A stretch of 64,000 nucleotides of DNA. Source: Felis catus. Taxonomy: Eukaryota. The position numbers and the translations under genes were made by a program. The notes beneath the pieces are model-generated. The model was not told the origin of the DNA. It saw nothing but the letters and a program-made list of their open reading frames with translations, and did no database searches. Where the stretch lies: contig NC_058368.1 in the NCBI RefSeq assembly GCF_018350175.1, forward strand, positions 58,220,001-58,284,000, written 5' to 3'. This document shows positions 49,746 through 62,862 of this stretch, piece after piece; position 1 is the first letter of the stretch, and each line of letters starts with the position of its first letter.

Positions 49746-51493
49746 TAGTAATATTGTGACAGTTACTTTTAAATAATAACGATGTGGTTGTTAAAAAATT
49801 ATATGGTGATATTTTTCTGGACAGGTAATAAAATCCTGCATATGATCCAAAATGCTAAGGTACTCAGAAGATGTTTAATTTTCTTTGTTAAAATGTGTTC
49901 TATTTTTACACTCTCTTTTTCTCAATTTTGCTAGCCAGATGTCAATTTATGTTTTCTTATATATGTAATGTACAGATAAAATAGTATTTTTTTCACCAAC
50001 TCATGCTACTTGAAGGTCAGAGGAATTCATATGGAGTCTATTTTTGATGCTTTTTAAAGATCAGGACAGTACAGAAGATTAAAGATTCAGTCAACTTAAA
50101 TATATTTTTATGCTATCTTTTCAGGGAAAATTATCCAAAGTTGATTAAGCTGATGCATTTTAATGTTCTTACACACTTGATTTTCATGTTGTGCAGGGAG
50201 CATTTTCAGTTTAAAGAAACACAACTACCTATTCAGACATTGATCATGGCAGCATAACTTGTATTGGAATTTTTGAAACTTATTCTTAAAAAAAAGCTAC
50301 TAAGTTGCTATCAAGAAAGTAGAAGTGTGGCTTTTTCATTTGTTTGTTATACCCATTATCATGAGATATCTTGTACCTTTCACAAATTTAATTTTTTATT
50401 TCTTAAACAACCATAGGGAAATGGACAGTTTATCAAGACTTGAAAGCCATTGCATCTTCTTGAAGTAAATACATAAAAAAAGACACAAAGAATTTTCAAA
50501 CAGTATTTCAAAGAGACTTCATTATGAAGAAGACACTTTTCTCACATTTAACATCAATTTCTTATAAAATTGAAATAAGAAAGATTATAAATTGGTAAAA
50601 CAGCAGGATTTTATTTTCTTCATTGATGCCTGATTGGCACTGGGTTGTTAAAAATGAATAATTACTTTGAAGTCAAGATGTAGCTAGCATGTCTTGGCGT
50701 CCTTCCAAGTCCCAGATGCCCTACGATGATAAAAATCAAATCTTTTAGATCCTCTCCAAAACTGTCATGACTGCTTTGTGTTCATACATTGTTAATTTGT
50801 TTAATATAGAGATTTATAATATTCAAGGTAGTTTAAAACCATGAGAAACTGTTACCTTCTTTAAGAAAAAATATAAATTCGATAATTATAGTAACATTTA
50901 AAACAAAACTATGTTCGCTTTTATAGAAGTACATATTTTATTCATACCTGTGTTTATCCATGAAATTATCAGGTTACTTTTTACTTCACACAAAAAGACA
51001 CTAAAACAATAGTTTTATTTTGGTTTTCAATGCAAATTAGCCAGCAGTTTGCCCTCTACTTAATTTTTTAAAATGTCTGTGCTATGAGAACAAAAGAAAT
51101 TATATCAACTCAATTCTAGTTGATATAGGATTCATTGCATATATTAGATAACAAACTATTGAGTATATACTTGGTCTTTTGAAATCTTGTCTGATGATTT
51201 TTACTTGGAAATGCTGAGTTTACTTGAGAGTATTTGCAAATCATTTGTTGTTTTGTTTTGTTTTTACTTGTAATATAAAAGACTGTTTCCATTTTGAGAA
51301 TAAGTTGATTTTTTTTTCTCCTGAGAAAATAGGGGGAAAAAGACTTTAGAACTAGGTTCATTGAAACATTTTGTTTAACAAATATAATATTTAAGCTTTG
51401 TATCTGGTTAATTAATGAGGATTAGCAACATCTAACACTTAAAGTTGTCACATTTGGCCACAATCATCTCTATGGTAAAAATATTCAGAATGA

Positions 51494-51672
51494 GGGATGC
51501 CTGGGTGTCTCAGTTGGTTGAGTGTTCCACTCTTGATTTAGGCTCAGGTCACCATCTCATGGTCTTGGGTTGAGCCCCACATTGGGCTCTGTGCTGACAA
51601 TGCAGAGGCTGCTTGGTATTTTCTCTCTCTTTCCCCCTCCCAAAATCAAAATAAAGAAATAAACATTAAAAA
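51494..51672 (+). mobile_element. CanSINE (first of a tandem pair)
   Basis: Flanked by aaaaatattcag on both sides. Confidence 0.93.
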
Positions 51673-51679
51673 ATATTCA

Positions 51680-51883
51680 GGGGCACCTTGGAGGCTCATT
51701 TGGTTAGGTGGCTGACTTGATTTTGGTTCAAGTCATGATCTCAACATTCATGAGTTTGAGCCCTACATTGGGCTCCACACTGACAGTGCAAAGTCTGCAC
51801 TGGATTCTCTCTCTCTCTTGTCTCACTCTCACTCACTCTCTTTCTCTCAAAAAGTAAATAAATAAAAAGAAATCTTTAAAAAA
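51680..51883 (+). mobile_element. CanSINE (second of a tandem pair)
   Basis: Starts right after the 3' TSD copy of the first SINE. Confidence 0.93.
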
Positions 51884-52337
51884 TCCATGATTTAAGAAAT
51901 CTCAAAATAAATTCTATTTGACTAAAATTAAGAAAGTAATTATTTCAGGAAAAACTGTTACATTGATAAATCAAAAGTAGGTTGATACCAATTTTTCTAA
52001 GATAGCAGGGTCATATTTTTCCAGTCCCAAACCCAGCATTCTTCTTGTGGTGCCTTCTGAGCACAGATGGTCATTTCTCCTTTACTTCTCAAATGATCCT
52101 CACTGGTCTACTTGTGACTGGCTCTCTTTGTACTTCCTGTGGCTGATCAACATCTCTGTGTCAAGAGTGAAGTTGCTTAGATTTTCCAGCTTCTGCCCAA
52201 ACAAATAGTATCTGGAAAATTAAGCACATTTTTGAAAATACATAAAAGTGGGCAAAAAGACAATTTGAAAATGTAAAAAGAGAATTTGGAATAACCTTTG
52301 GCAAAGGAAATAATATCTTACAGAATTATATATTTTT

Positions 52338-52551
52338 TTAACTTTTTAAAGTTTATTTATTATTGAGAGACAGAGAGAGAGAGAGTCTTAGCAGGGGAGG
52401 GGCAGAGGGAGAGAGAGACACAGAATCTGAAGCAGGCTCTAGGCTCTGAGCTGTCAGCACAGAGCCTGACGTGGGGCTTGAACTCACGAACCAGGAGATC
52501 ATGAGCTGAGCCGAAGTCAGACACTTAACTGACTGAGCTACCTAGGGGCCC
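52338..52551 (-). mobile_element. CanSINE
   Basis: TSD cagaat(t/g)atatattttt. Confidence 0.95.
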
Positions 52552-52936
52552 CAGAATGATATATTTTTAAAACCTACCTTAATACATAACACTTTGGAAA
52601 TCTCAGCTAATATTATTTGTCAGCCTTCTTGGGAAATAAACTAATAATTATTGTTAATATAATCATAATATATATAATAGAAAAATTATTTTTAAAATAA
52701 CACAATCTGTACCAGTGTATATGTAGAACTGGTACATTTCAGGAGAATAATACATAGACATAATTCAGAATAAATGTTAATGTATCCATAATACAATGTA
52801 ATGATATGACTCTTATTAAAATAATAATGTATCAATACCTATTGACCTTGAAACATTGACACAAGTGTCTAATTTCAGAGCAGTTATGTGGAATAGGATT
52901 CCATGAATGAGAATGTGTATCAGGAAAAACAAATTA

Positions 52937-53025
52937 GTCTACGGACATACCACCCTGAACGCGCCCGATCTCGTCTGATCTCGGAAGCTAAGCAGGGTTG
53001 GGCCTGGTTAGTACTTGGATGGGAG
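52937..53025 (+). pseudogene. RNA5S: 3'-truncated (nt 1-89) 5S rRNA retropseudogene
   Basis: GTCTACGGaCATACCACCCTGAACGCGCCCGATCTCGTCTGATCTCGGAAGCTAAGCAGGGTtGGGCCTGGTTAGTACTTGGATGGGAG has 2 differences from mammalian 5S as I recall it; no 3' end or T-run terminator; TSD aggaaa(a/g)acaaatta. Confidence 0.97.
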
Positions 53026-53629
53026 GAAAGACAAATTATTACTAGTGCTTAGGTTTGAGTATAGAATTTAGAATGATTGCTAATTTGTATGTTCTAAATA
53101 TTTGAAGCAACCATGAATTACTTATTCAAAGTACAAAGATATACCAAAGGGGGAGGTAGAGACAGCAATTCTCTCACTCAAACTTATGTCCTCCTTAAAT
53201 ATAATTTGATTTGTCTTTTCCTTTTTAAACTGCTTGTTAATCATTGACTCCTAAAATTAAAATTTATTTCTGCATCTATCATTCCAGTGAAATTACTAAT
53301 GTTGAACATTATCTTCCTAGGCCTGTCTGCACTAAATGGTATTTCATAAACTATGTTTTTACAACGTTCAATTTTTATTATCCCGCCTTTCCTTTCTTCC
53401 CAATTTTGTTTATGATGAATCATTTTCCCTGTCTTTGCTTCCCTTTTAGTGTCTCCCAGCTTTCTCCCTTTAACATCCTTTTGATCCCTCCCTGTAACCC
53501 TTTCTTTAACTCTTTGATTTGTATATTCTTTTTGAGTGATTTTATATAATGGAATTACAGGGAGTACCAACTCCATTTAGTTATTTGTTGATGTTCTCTC
53601 TCTCTCTTAAATTTAAAAGAAATATATCC

Positions 53630-53990
53630 AATGGGCTCCTACAACTGCTCCCTGCCTTGAGGCCCACAGGTACACAAGCTAAGAAAGCCTAGCCATGTCC
53701 TGCATCCTTTGGCATTGCTGGAAGTTTCAGACCCAAAGCCCCTGCTCTTGTCAGAAACTCTCACCTTCAGCCCTGGCACCTCAGCATAATAAAAACCTTG
53801 AGGCCATCTCCTCCATGTGCTCTCTCAGGACATTTTGGGTCTGCTCGAGAGAACTGCCTTGCTCTCCTCAGAGACTTCAGTTACATATATAATAAAGTAT
53901 TCCACACCCTCTTCATGTGTATGTAATGTCAACAGTCCCAATATGTGAACCATATTCTGGGTGTATAGGAGCTCCATCCTAAGGGCCAGA
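53630..53990 (+). mobile_element. ERVL-class solo LTR relic (MER74/MER54-like)
   Basis: GC-richer block ending aataaagtattccacaccctcttcatgtgtatg...gaaccatattctgggtg. Confidence 0.45.
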
Positions 53991-54004
53991 GTGCTCATAT
54001 CAGT

Positions 54005-54102
54005 ATAATAACAGAATGAAGTGCATAGTAGATGAGTTAAAATATGTGAAGCACTTAGGACAGTTTCTGACCCAGAGTAAATATTCACTACGTTAGCTTT
54101 TA
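54005..54102 (+). mobile_element. MIR 3' end
   Basis: atgagttaaaatatgtgaagcacttaggacagtttctgacccagagtaa. Confidence 0.7.
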
Positions 54103-54259
54103 GTAAATGTCATGTATCACTTCTCCCAGTGTTGACATCTGAAATATTATGTTAACATACACATGGTTATCATCCAGAGGTATAAATATTGTAAAAATTA
54201 TTTCTTGAATTTAGAGGCAGCAAATAATTCCTGAGACAATATCAAGGTATATGGTAATA

Positions 54260-54436
54260 GGGCTCCTGGGTGGCTCAGCCAGTTGAACATCTGACTTTGG
54301 CTCAAGTCATGATCTCATTTTTCTTGAGTTCAAGCCTTGCATTGGGTTCACTGCTGTAAGAGTGGAGCCTGCTTTGGATCCCCTGTCCCTGTCTCTCTCT
54401 CAGCCACCCCTGCTCACGTGCTCTCTCTCTCTCTCA

Positions 54437-54483
<47 letters not shown>
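54260..54483 (+). mobile_element. CanSINE with A-run and (AT)n tail
   Basis: Head, body and tail; tatatggt on both sides. Confidence 0.93.
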
Positions 54484-54485
<2 letters not shown>

Positions 54486-54571
54486 TGGTGACTGCAATAG
54501 CCACAGAAAAATGTTATCTTTCACATAGTGTCCTAACGCCCATTTGAAAAGCATTAACAAAGTCATACATA

Positions 54572-54778
54572 GGGGCACCTGGGTGGCTCAGTCAGTTAAG
54601 CAACTGACTCTTGGTTTCGGCTCAGGTCATGATCTCACGGTTCCTGGCATCAAGCCCCACATAGATTTCTGCCCTCACAGTGCAGAGCCTGCTTGGGATT
54701 CTCTCTCTCCCTCTCTCTCTGCCTCTCTGTCCCTCAAAATAAATAAATAAACATTAAATTAATTAAAAATTTTAAAAA
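54572..54778 (+). mobile_element. CanSINE
   Basis: Head ggggcacctgggtggctcagtcagttaag, CT tract, A tail. Confidence 0.95.
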
Positions 54779-56039
54779 GCATGGATCATGTGTATATGTA
54801 GACTTGTGCCTCATTCTGAAAAATCACACCTCTTGCTTTCAGTTTTCCAAATTTGTCACACCAGGCCTGATCATCAGATATATTCCAGGAACAGGGCGAT
54901 TTTCTGTTTAGAATTAAGAAACTAAAATATATTACTCCTACTTCTACTTACGGTGAGAATTTCCCTTCTCCCACATTCTTTAGTGCTAGTCTTAAGCAGG
55001 GCTGTTATAAGCAGACACTCACTGTGACATTGGTGCTGACAAATCAGACTGAATGGTTTGGAAATTAGACTCAGTTTTCTGTTTTCTTTTTGTTCCTTTT
55101 CTTCTTTTGTTTTTTTTTTCTTTGTTTTGTTTTGTTTTTATTTTATTTTATTTTTTTCCTTTATTAACTAGAGGAAGCTGATCATTTAGATTGCTTTCCT
55201 CAAAATTCCTTCAGACTGCCATCCAACATGCTAGGACTCTGGCTATGACTTGTATTCCACAAAGGAGTTTCACTAGTGTGTGATGTGAGTTTATAGCTGA
55301 GTCATACAGGGAATGAGGGAAGACAAAAGTGAGTAGTTTAGATAATGTGAATGAGGTCACAGAGAACATGATTCTGGGTCAAACAACTATAATGACATCT
55401 TCCCATCTCAGCAGATGGCTTTTATATTCTGCAGTCTCTTATTCAAAGTAGGTTCCCCTGACCCTTAGACAGACCCATTCTTTAGTGTGACAAGGAAAGA
55501 AGTTTCTGCATATTCCATTTAGGATCTGTCCCCTCATCTAGATCTCCCAATATTAGATTAACTATTTAAAATGTAATAAAAATTATTTGCTCTTTACAAT
55601 TAGCTAGAGTGGGAACTCTAATGGGTACCGAACCAGACTTGACTTAGTAATAGTATAGAGCTGTTAAAATTAACAGATGTTCAAGAAAATAAAAATCTGT
55701 AATTTTTTTTCAGAGCTGGGTGATTTTGAAAACAGCAAGAATTTTGTTAACATTGGTAGATAGCTACTGGTAGTCATAATTGTGTGTTGCGGTGTTAGGT
55801 AGTTAGATACTTACATTATCATCACCTGTGGTCACCTGAAATAAAGGGTATAATAAACCAACACTTTGGTAAATTGTGTGGCTTCTGCAATAAACCATTT
55901 CTTCAAAAAAAGAAGGGACATAAGGTCTGTGGAGTGAGCTAGTGATTTAAATAATGCACAGGAACTTAAAGAAAATTAGAAACTCATGATTTCAAATTTT
56001 CAGCTCCAGAATGGACCCTTAACTCAGAAAGTATCTGTG

Positions 56040-56258
56040 TGAACATAAGGGAAGGGAAGCAAAAATAATAAAAATCAGGGAGGGGGACAAAAACATAAGA
56101 GACTCTTAAATATGGAGAACAGAGGGCTACTGGAGGAATTGTGGGTGGGCTAAATGGGTAGGGAGCATTAAGGAATCTACTCCCAAAATCATTGTTGCAC
56201 TATATGCTAACTAACTTGAGAAAATTTAAAAAATAAATTAAAAAAAAATTTAAAAAAA
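56040..56258 (+). mobile_element. 5'-truncated felid/carnivore L1 (3' UTR)
   Basis: gaacataagggaagggaagcaaaaataa...cactatatgctaactaact plus A tail; perfect TSD agaaagtatctgtg (56026-56039, 56259-56272). Confidence 0.92.
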
Positions 56259-56789
56259 AGAAAGTATCTGTGGTCTCTTTTGATCATTTATCCATAAAAC
56301 TTACTTGACCAAAAAAAAAAAAAAAAATCAGGTACAGAGCTATGCCTTCATTTTGCTAAATTAAATATGTAGATTAATTTGGCAGCTTGACTATAACTTG
56401 GATATTAAAGTATTAGTTGGAAAATCATGATACGTTGTGGATTAGAATGGGGTTGTCAGAGGAAATTAGGAAGACTAAGAATGATGCAAACCCAAAAAAA
56501 TCCCTCTGAGTTTTTTTTTTTTTTGTCAGTGGAAGCAGATTTGTTTCTTTTGCCTGATGCTCCTGTTCTTGTCTGATTTGAAACCCCTAATGATATCTTC
56601 ATCCAGGAGAAATACCTTGTAAGATGAATTTTAGATCCTTCACCTTAGCTCCATCTCTACTGTCATAGTTAAATTCCAGAAAAAGTAATGGAATCACATT
56701 GTGACAGAAACCAAATGGCAACACTTAATTATGAGAAGCAAAGTGGCCCTACATACCTTAATAGACAGAAGAAGTAGCAGCAACAATTA

Positions 56790-57257
56790 GATATGATGGA
56801 GCATAAATGTATAAAATACATTCCAGGAAATAGAGCAAGAGAAAGTAAAAGGAAAATGGGAGAGAAAATATAAGAAAATTAGAAGATCAATCTAAAAGAC
56901 TCAATTTCAGAGTAATATAATAACTATTGATTAAGAGAATAGAGAAAAAAAGAGAGGAAGAAAATAAAATAGGAGAGTGGATATTTGAATAATTTAAGAA
57001 ATGCCTTTTAAGAATAATAATAAAAAAGTTTCAGTTTGAAAAGGCCCCAAATTTTAAAGCAAGGAATGAAAAGTAACCCAGAACAAAGCATATTGCTTTA
57101 GAACAGTATACTTGAAACAAAGAAAAGATCCAGAAGCATCCCCAAAGAAAAAAATAAGTAATATAAGAATACCCTGAAAGAGAATGGTTTCAAAACTTTC
57201 CATAATGGTACTGAAAGCAAGAAAACAGTGAAGTAATGCCTTCAAAATCTGAGGGAA
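56790..57257 (+). mobile_element. HAL1-like / ancient L1 ORF1 relic, 5' part
   Basis: gaaaatataagaaaattagaagatcaatc...aatgccttcaaaatctgagggaa; continues after 62863. Confidence 0.6.
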
Positions 57258-58695
57258 GAGTGACATCAGCAAAATAGAGGCCTAGGAAACTATAAGCCCT
57301 CTTTTCCATACAGAAATAAGGAATTAACAACAATATATGGACCAGAATATCTCTGTGAGAATTCTAGAGAACAAATGAAAACCTACAGCACCAAGGCTAT
57401 TGTGAAACCAGAAGGAATTCCAGCAAAAAAGATAGGAAAATTATGGCATTTGGCACAACTCTTTGTTGAATAAGGCAAAGCAACTGGGAGACATCCCTTT
57501 CCCCATACCAGGGTTCCTCCCTTGGAAACAAAAGAGTGCACCACACATCCAATATTCTGGCTAGTCGGGGACTGCCCAAGGGATTGGTTTCTGTCTCACA
57601 TGATTCTGGTCATTAATAGGATCAGTCTGAGTATGGAATTGGCTATACACGGAAGTAAGAAGCAGCAGTTCTGCAGGCAGACACCAGGGGGAAGAAGAGA
57701 TCAGAAAAGGTCTAAAAGGTCCTAGAACCTCCAGTCCAGCTAACTGAAGGCCTCCCCTTGCGTGAAGCCAAGTAGTCAAAGATTGGGAAAGGTTTTTTTT
57801 TTTTTTTTTTTTTGGTTTTGTTTTGTTTTGTTTTGTCTTGTTTTTTAATGCCCAAATCCCAGCCAAAAAAAAGAAATGTGCAAGGCATAAAAAGAAATAA
57901 GAAACATAGCTCAATCAAAGGGACAAAATAAAGCTACATAAAATGACACACATATGCAATTGAAGATGTTATTAGTTTAAAATAAAGTGTTATAATTTCA
58001 AGATGTTTTATGTAATTGCAATGGTAACCATAGAGAAAATATCTATTGGATATACTTAAAAGAAATGAGAATGGGAATTAAAGCCTATCAATATTAAAAA
58101 AAAAAAAAAAACACACCAAGAAACAGAAAGGTAGTAAGAGGGAGGCAAAAAGCTACAAGGCATACAGAAAACAGCTCACAAAGCAACAATAAGTCCTTCC
58201 AAACCATTAATTATTTTTAATATAACTAGAATAGACTTTCCAATCAAAAGGCCTGGATTAGCTGGATGTGTAAAAACAAAACAAAACAAAACAACAACTG
58301 GGATCCAATTAAGTCCTGTCTACAAGGGACTTATTTATTTATTCATTTATTTATTTCAGAAAGATACTTTTATGACAATTTTTGAGACTTTAGATTTCTG
58401 TGCTCACATAGGCTGAGAGGGATAAGATGCAAAAACATATTCCATTCAACTGGTAACAAAAACAGAATAGTGGTGGTTATACTAATACTAGGTGTAGTGG
58501 ACTTTAAGTCCAAAATTAGTCAAGAGACAAAGAAGAACATTATATAATGATTAAAATGTCAATTAAGCAAGAAGAATGAACAATTATAAATATTCAAGCA
58601 CCAAGCTTCAGAGTTCCTACATATATAAAGCAACTATTTCCAGAATTAAAAAGGGAAATAGCAACACCGTAAGAGGAGGAAACTGTAATACTTTA

Positions 58696-58898
58696 TTTAT
58701 TTTATTTTATTTATTTATTTCAAGAGAGCATGCAGGCAGGGAACGGGCAGAGAGGGAGAGAGTGAGAGAGAATCCCAAGCAGACTCCTCACTGTCAGTGC
58801 AGGGCCTGACCTGGGGCCCAAACTCACAAACTATGACATCATGACCTGAGCCAAAATCAAGAGTCAGACACTTAACCAATTGAGCCACCCAGGTGCCC
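58696..58898 (-). mobile_element. CanSINE in the L1
   Basis: TSD core actgtaatacttta. Confidence 0.95.
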
Positions 58899-59800
58899 TT
58901 GGAGACTGTAATACTTTAAATAATAGATAGAAAAACAAACAGAAGATTAAGAAGAAAATAGCGGACTTGAACATTATAGACAATAAAATTATAGACCAAT
59001 TGTACCTGACAGACCTACAGAACACTGAGCCATAAAACAGCAGAATACAGTCTTCTCAAATGCACATGGACCATTCTTCATGATAGATCATGTTAGATCT
59101 GAAATGAAAACTTAAAAAATTCCAGATGATTAACATTATACAATATACCTTTTGTGATCACAATGGAATTAAAACAGAAACCAATCATGAGAAAAATTGA
59201 AAAACCTATGTAGAAATTAAACCACATCCTTTTAAACAACTACAGGGTCAAAAAGAAGTCACAAGCGCAATTAGAAAAAACTCTGAGACAAATGAAAATG
59301 AAAACAACATACCAAAATTTATTAAATTAAGTGAAATAGGGCAAAAATTAAAGTTTATAGTTGCAAATAAATACAATTAAAAACAATCTGAAATCAACAG
59401 CTCTAATTCATATCTTCAAAAACTAGGAAAAAAAGAATAAACTAAACCCAAATTTAGCACAAGGAAATAAATAATAAAGATAAGTGCAGAGTTAAATAAA
59501 ATTGAGAATAGAAAAACAATCTAACAGAATCAATAAAATGAAGAGATTTTGAAAAGCTCAGAAAAGTTGACAAGTCCTTTTCTAGATTAACAAAAGAAAA
59601 GGAGAGAATATTCAAATAACAAAAATAAGAAACAAAATAGAAATTATAACCAATGTCACAAAAATGAAAAGGATTATAAAAGAATATTATGAACGACTGT
59701 ACGCCAATAAGTTGGGTAATCTGGAATAAATGGATAAATTCATAGAAACACACAACCTACCAATACTGAATCTGGAAAGGTTAGAAAATCTGAAAAGATT

Positions 59801-59962
59801 GGGGGACCTGAGTGGCTCAGTCGGTTGAATATCTGACTTTGGCTCAGGTCAGGACCTCACAGTTCATGAGTTTAAGCCTATCAGCAGAGACCCCACTTTG
59901 GGTCCTCTGGCCCTTTCTCTCTGCCCCTCCCCTTGGCTTGCACTCCCCCTCTCCAAAAAAAT
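59801..59962 (+). mobile_element. Shortened CanSINE in the L1
   Basis: TSD core tctgaaaagat; middle of the body shortened. Confidence 0.9.
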
Positions 59963-61896
59963 GTCTGAAAAGATCAATAATGACTATAGAGAGTGAATCA
60001 GTAATCAAAAATGTCCTAACAAAAAGAATCACAGGACTGAATGGCTTTACTGGAGAATTCTACAACTTAAGAATTAACACCAATCTTTCCATAACTCTTC
60101 CAAAATTTGAAGAGTGTACACTGTCAAACTCATTCTTTGAGGTCAGCATTAGTCTGATATCAAAGTCAAACAAAGACACTGCAAAATGAAAAAAAAAAAA
60201 TCCCTGATGACTATTGATTAAAAAATCCTCAAAAAAATAAAAATAATAATAAATTGAATTTAATAGCACCACCAAGGTACTATACACTATGTTCAAGTAA
60301 GATTTATCCTGGAATATAAAGATAGTTCAACATATGGGAATCAACCAATGTAATATGCCATAAATAGAATGATAAAAGCACATAATCATCTCACTTGATG
60401 CAGAAAACTCATTTGATACTATTCAACACCTTTTCATCATAAAAACACTCAAAAAACTAATAATAGATTAAAATTACACCAACATAATAAGGCCATTTAT
60501 GAAAAACCCATAGCTAACATCACACTCAGCGGTGAAAACCTGGAAGTTTTGTTCTAAGATTAGGAACAAAACAATGGTGTCTGCTTTCTCCACTTTTATT
60601 CAACATACTGTTGGAAGCCCTAGTCAGAGTGATTAGGCATAAAAGAAGTAGTAGACATCCAAATTGGAAAGAAATGAATAAAATTATCTCTGTTCATAGA
60701 TTCTATGATCTTATCTGTAGAAACTGCTGAAGATTCCACAAAAAATCCTGTTAGACCTAGTAAATTCCACAAGGTTGCCAGATGCAAAATCAACACCTAA
60801 AACTCAATTTCATTTTTATACATTCAGAATGAACAATTAAATAAACAATTAATTTAAAAAATGAACAATTTGAAAATAAAATTAAGATAATTCTATTTAT
60901 AATAACATCAAAAATAATGAACTACTGAGAAATAAACCTAACCAAGAAGGTGAAAGACTTGTACACTAAAAACCACAAAATTTGCTGAAGAAAAATAAAA
61001 GAAGACACAAATAAATGGAAAAGGAACATAAATTCAGGGATTGAAAGACTTATTGTTAAAATATCCATAACACTGCAAGCATTTTTGCAAAAATATAAAA
61101 CTTATCTTAAAATTCATATACCATCTCAAGGGACCCTGAATAGCCAGAAAATTTATAAAAAGAAAAAAAGTTGGGGAACTAACACTTTTTAGTTTCAAAA
61201 TATATTACAAAGTTATAATCACCTAAACGGTATGGTAATGGCCTAAAGACAGACAAATAGGCCAATGAAAAAGAATGGAGATTCCAGAAATATACCTTTG
61301 TGTATATGGTCAAATGATCTTTGTCAGTGGTGCCACAATCACTCAACAGGGAAAGGATAGTCTTGTTAACAAATGGTGGTGGGAAAACTGAATATACAAA
61401 TTAAAAAGACTGAAAATAGATCTGCATCTTATCCCATGCATAAAAGTAACCCAAGATTGATTAAGGACCTAAAATATAAGACCTAAAATTAAAAAACTAG
61501 AAGAAAACATAGGGAAAAAGCTTCATGAGGTTGGACTTTGAAACAGTTTTGTATATGACAACATAAAAGCACAGTTAAAGGCAAAAATAAACAAATGAAA
61601 CTACATCAAATTGAAAACTTATGTACATCAAAGGACACAATCAGCAGAGTGAAACTGTGATCTACAGAATTGGAGAAGATATTTACCAAACATCTAATAG
61701 GAAGTTTATATCTAGAACATATATTTTTTAAAAATCTCCTATATCTTAACAACAAAATATCATATAACCCAATTAAAAAATGAGCAGAGGACTTGAATAG
61801 ATATTTCTCCAAAAATAATGTATAAATAGCAAGTATATGAAAAGATGTTTAACATCACTAATAATCAGAGAAATGCAAATCAAAACTACAGTTAGT

Positions 61897-62052
61897 GGGG
61901 TAGCTGGATGACTCAGTTAAGTGTCAGACTCTTGGTTTTGGCTCAGGTCAGGAGCTCATGGGTGGTGAGTTTTAACCCCAAGTTGGGCTCTGCACTGACA
62001 GCACAGAGCCTGCTAGAAATTATCTCTCTCCCTCTCTCTGACTCTCCTCCAT

Positions 62053-62097
<45 letters not shown>

Positions 62098-62115
62098 ATA
62101 AATACACTTAAAACA
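61897..62115 (+). mobile_element. CanSINE in the L1
   Basis: Head, long (CT)n, A tail. Confidence 0.95.
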
Positions 62116-62862
62116 AAATACACAGTAGGGTAGTACTTTATACCCATTAGGATGGGTAAAATGAAAAAAAACAATAATAAAAAAAACATTATAACAGATG
62201 TTGCTACAGCTGTGGAAAAATTGGATCTTTTGTTCACTATTGATGGGATTATAAAATGGTGCAAACACTGGAAAACAGTGTGGAATTTTATCCCTAAAGT
62301 AAAAATAGAACTGCAATATGATACAATAATGCCACTTCTGAGTTTTATCCAAAATAATTGAAAGCAGAGTTTGGAAGGGATATCTACACACTCATTTTCA
62401 TAGCAGCATTATTCACAGTATCCAAGAGGTAGAAGCAATCCAAATGTCCACTGATACATTAATGGAAAAAGAAAAAGTGGTATTTATAAATGTAAAGTGG
62501 AATATTATTCAGCCATAAAAAGAAAGGAAATTATGTCACATGCTACAGCATACATGAACCTTGTGGACATTATGCTAAGTAAAATAAACCAGTCACAAAA
62601 AGACAAATACTATATAATTCCACTTATATGAGATATCTAAAGTTGTCACATTCATAGAAACAGAAAGTAGAATGTGGTTCTCAACAACTAGGGGAAAGAG
62701 GAAACGGGAGTTGTTCTTCAATAGAGTTTTCAATGTGCAAGATGAAAAAGTTTGGGAGGTCTATTTCATAACAACGTGAATTTACTTAACACTACTGACC
62801 TGTACAGTTAAAATGGTTAGAGTGGTAAATTTTATATTATTTATTTTTGCATCATAAAAAAA

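Larger units (their letters stand above)
57258..62862 (+). mobile_element. Large decayed L1 (L1MA/MB-type) with 5' end, ORF1 largely deleted, degenerate ORF2 and 3' UTR
   Basis: 5' end gagtgacatcagcaaaatag; endonuclease-like region from about 58190; RT motif SLFADDMIL decayed to SLFIDSMIL at about 60687; 3' end caagatgaaaaagtt...ggtaaattttat plus A tail; three SINEs inside. Confidence 0.92.

Noticed and set aside
52937..53025. Functional 5S rRNA gene
   Set aside because: About 30 nt of the 3' end and the terminator are missing; it is a single copy flanked by a TSD.
59454..62391. ORFs within the large L1
   Set aside because: Short fragments or antisense frames of a frameshifted ORF2 with a dead RT motif.
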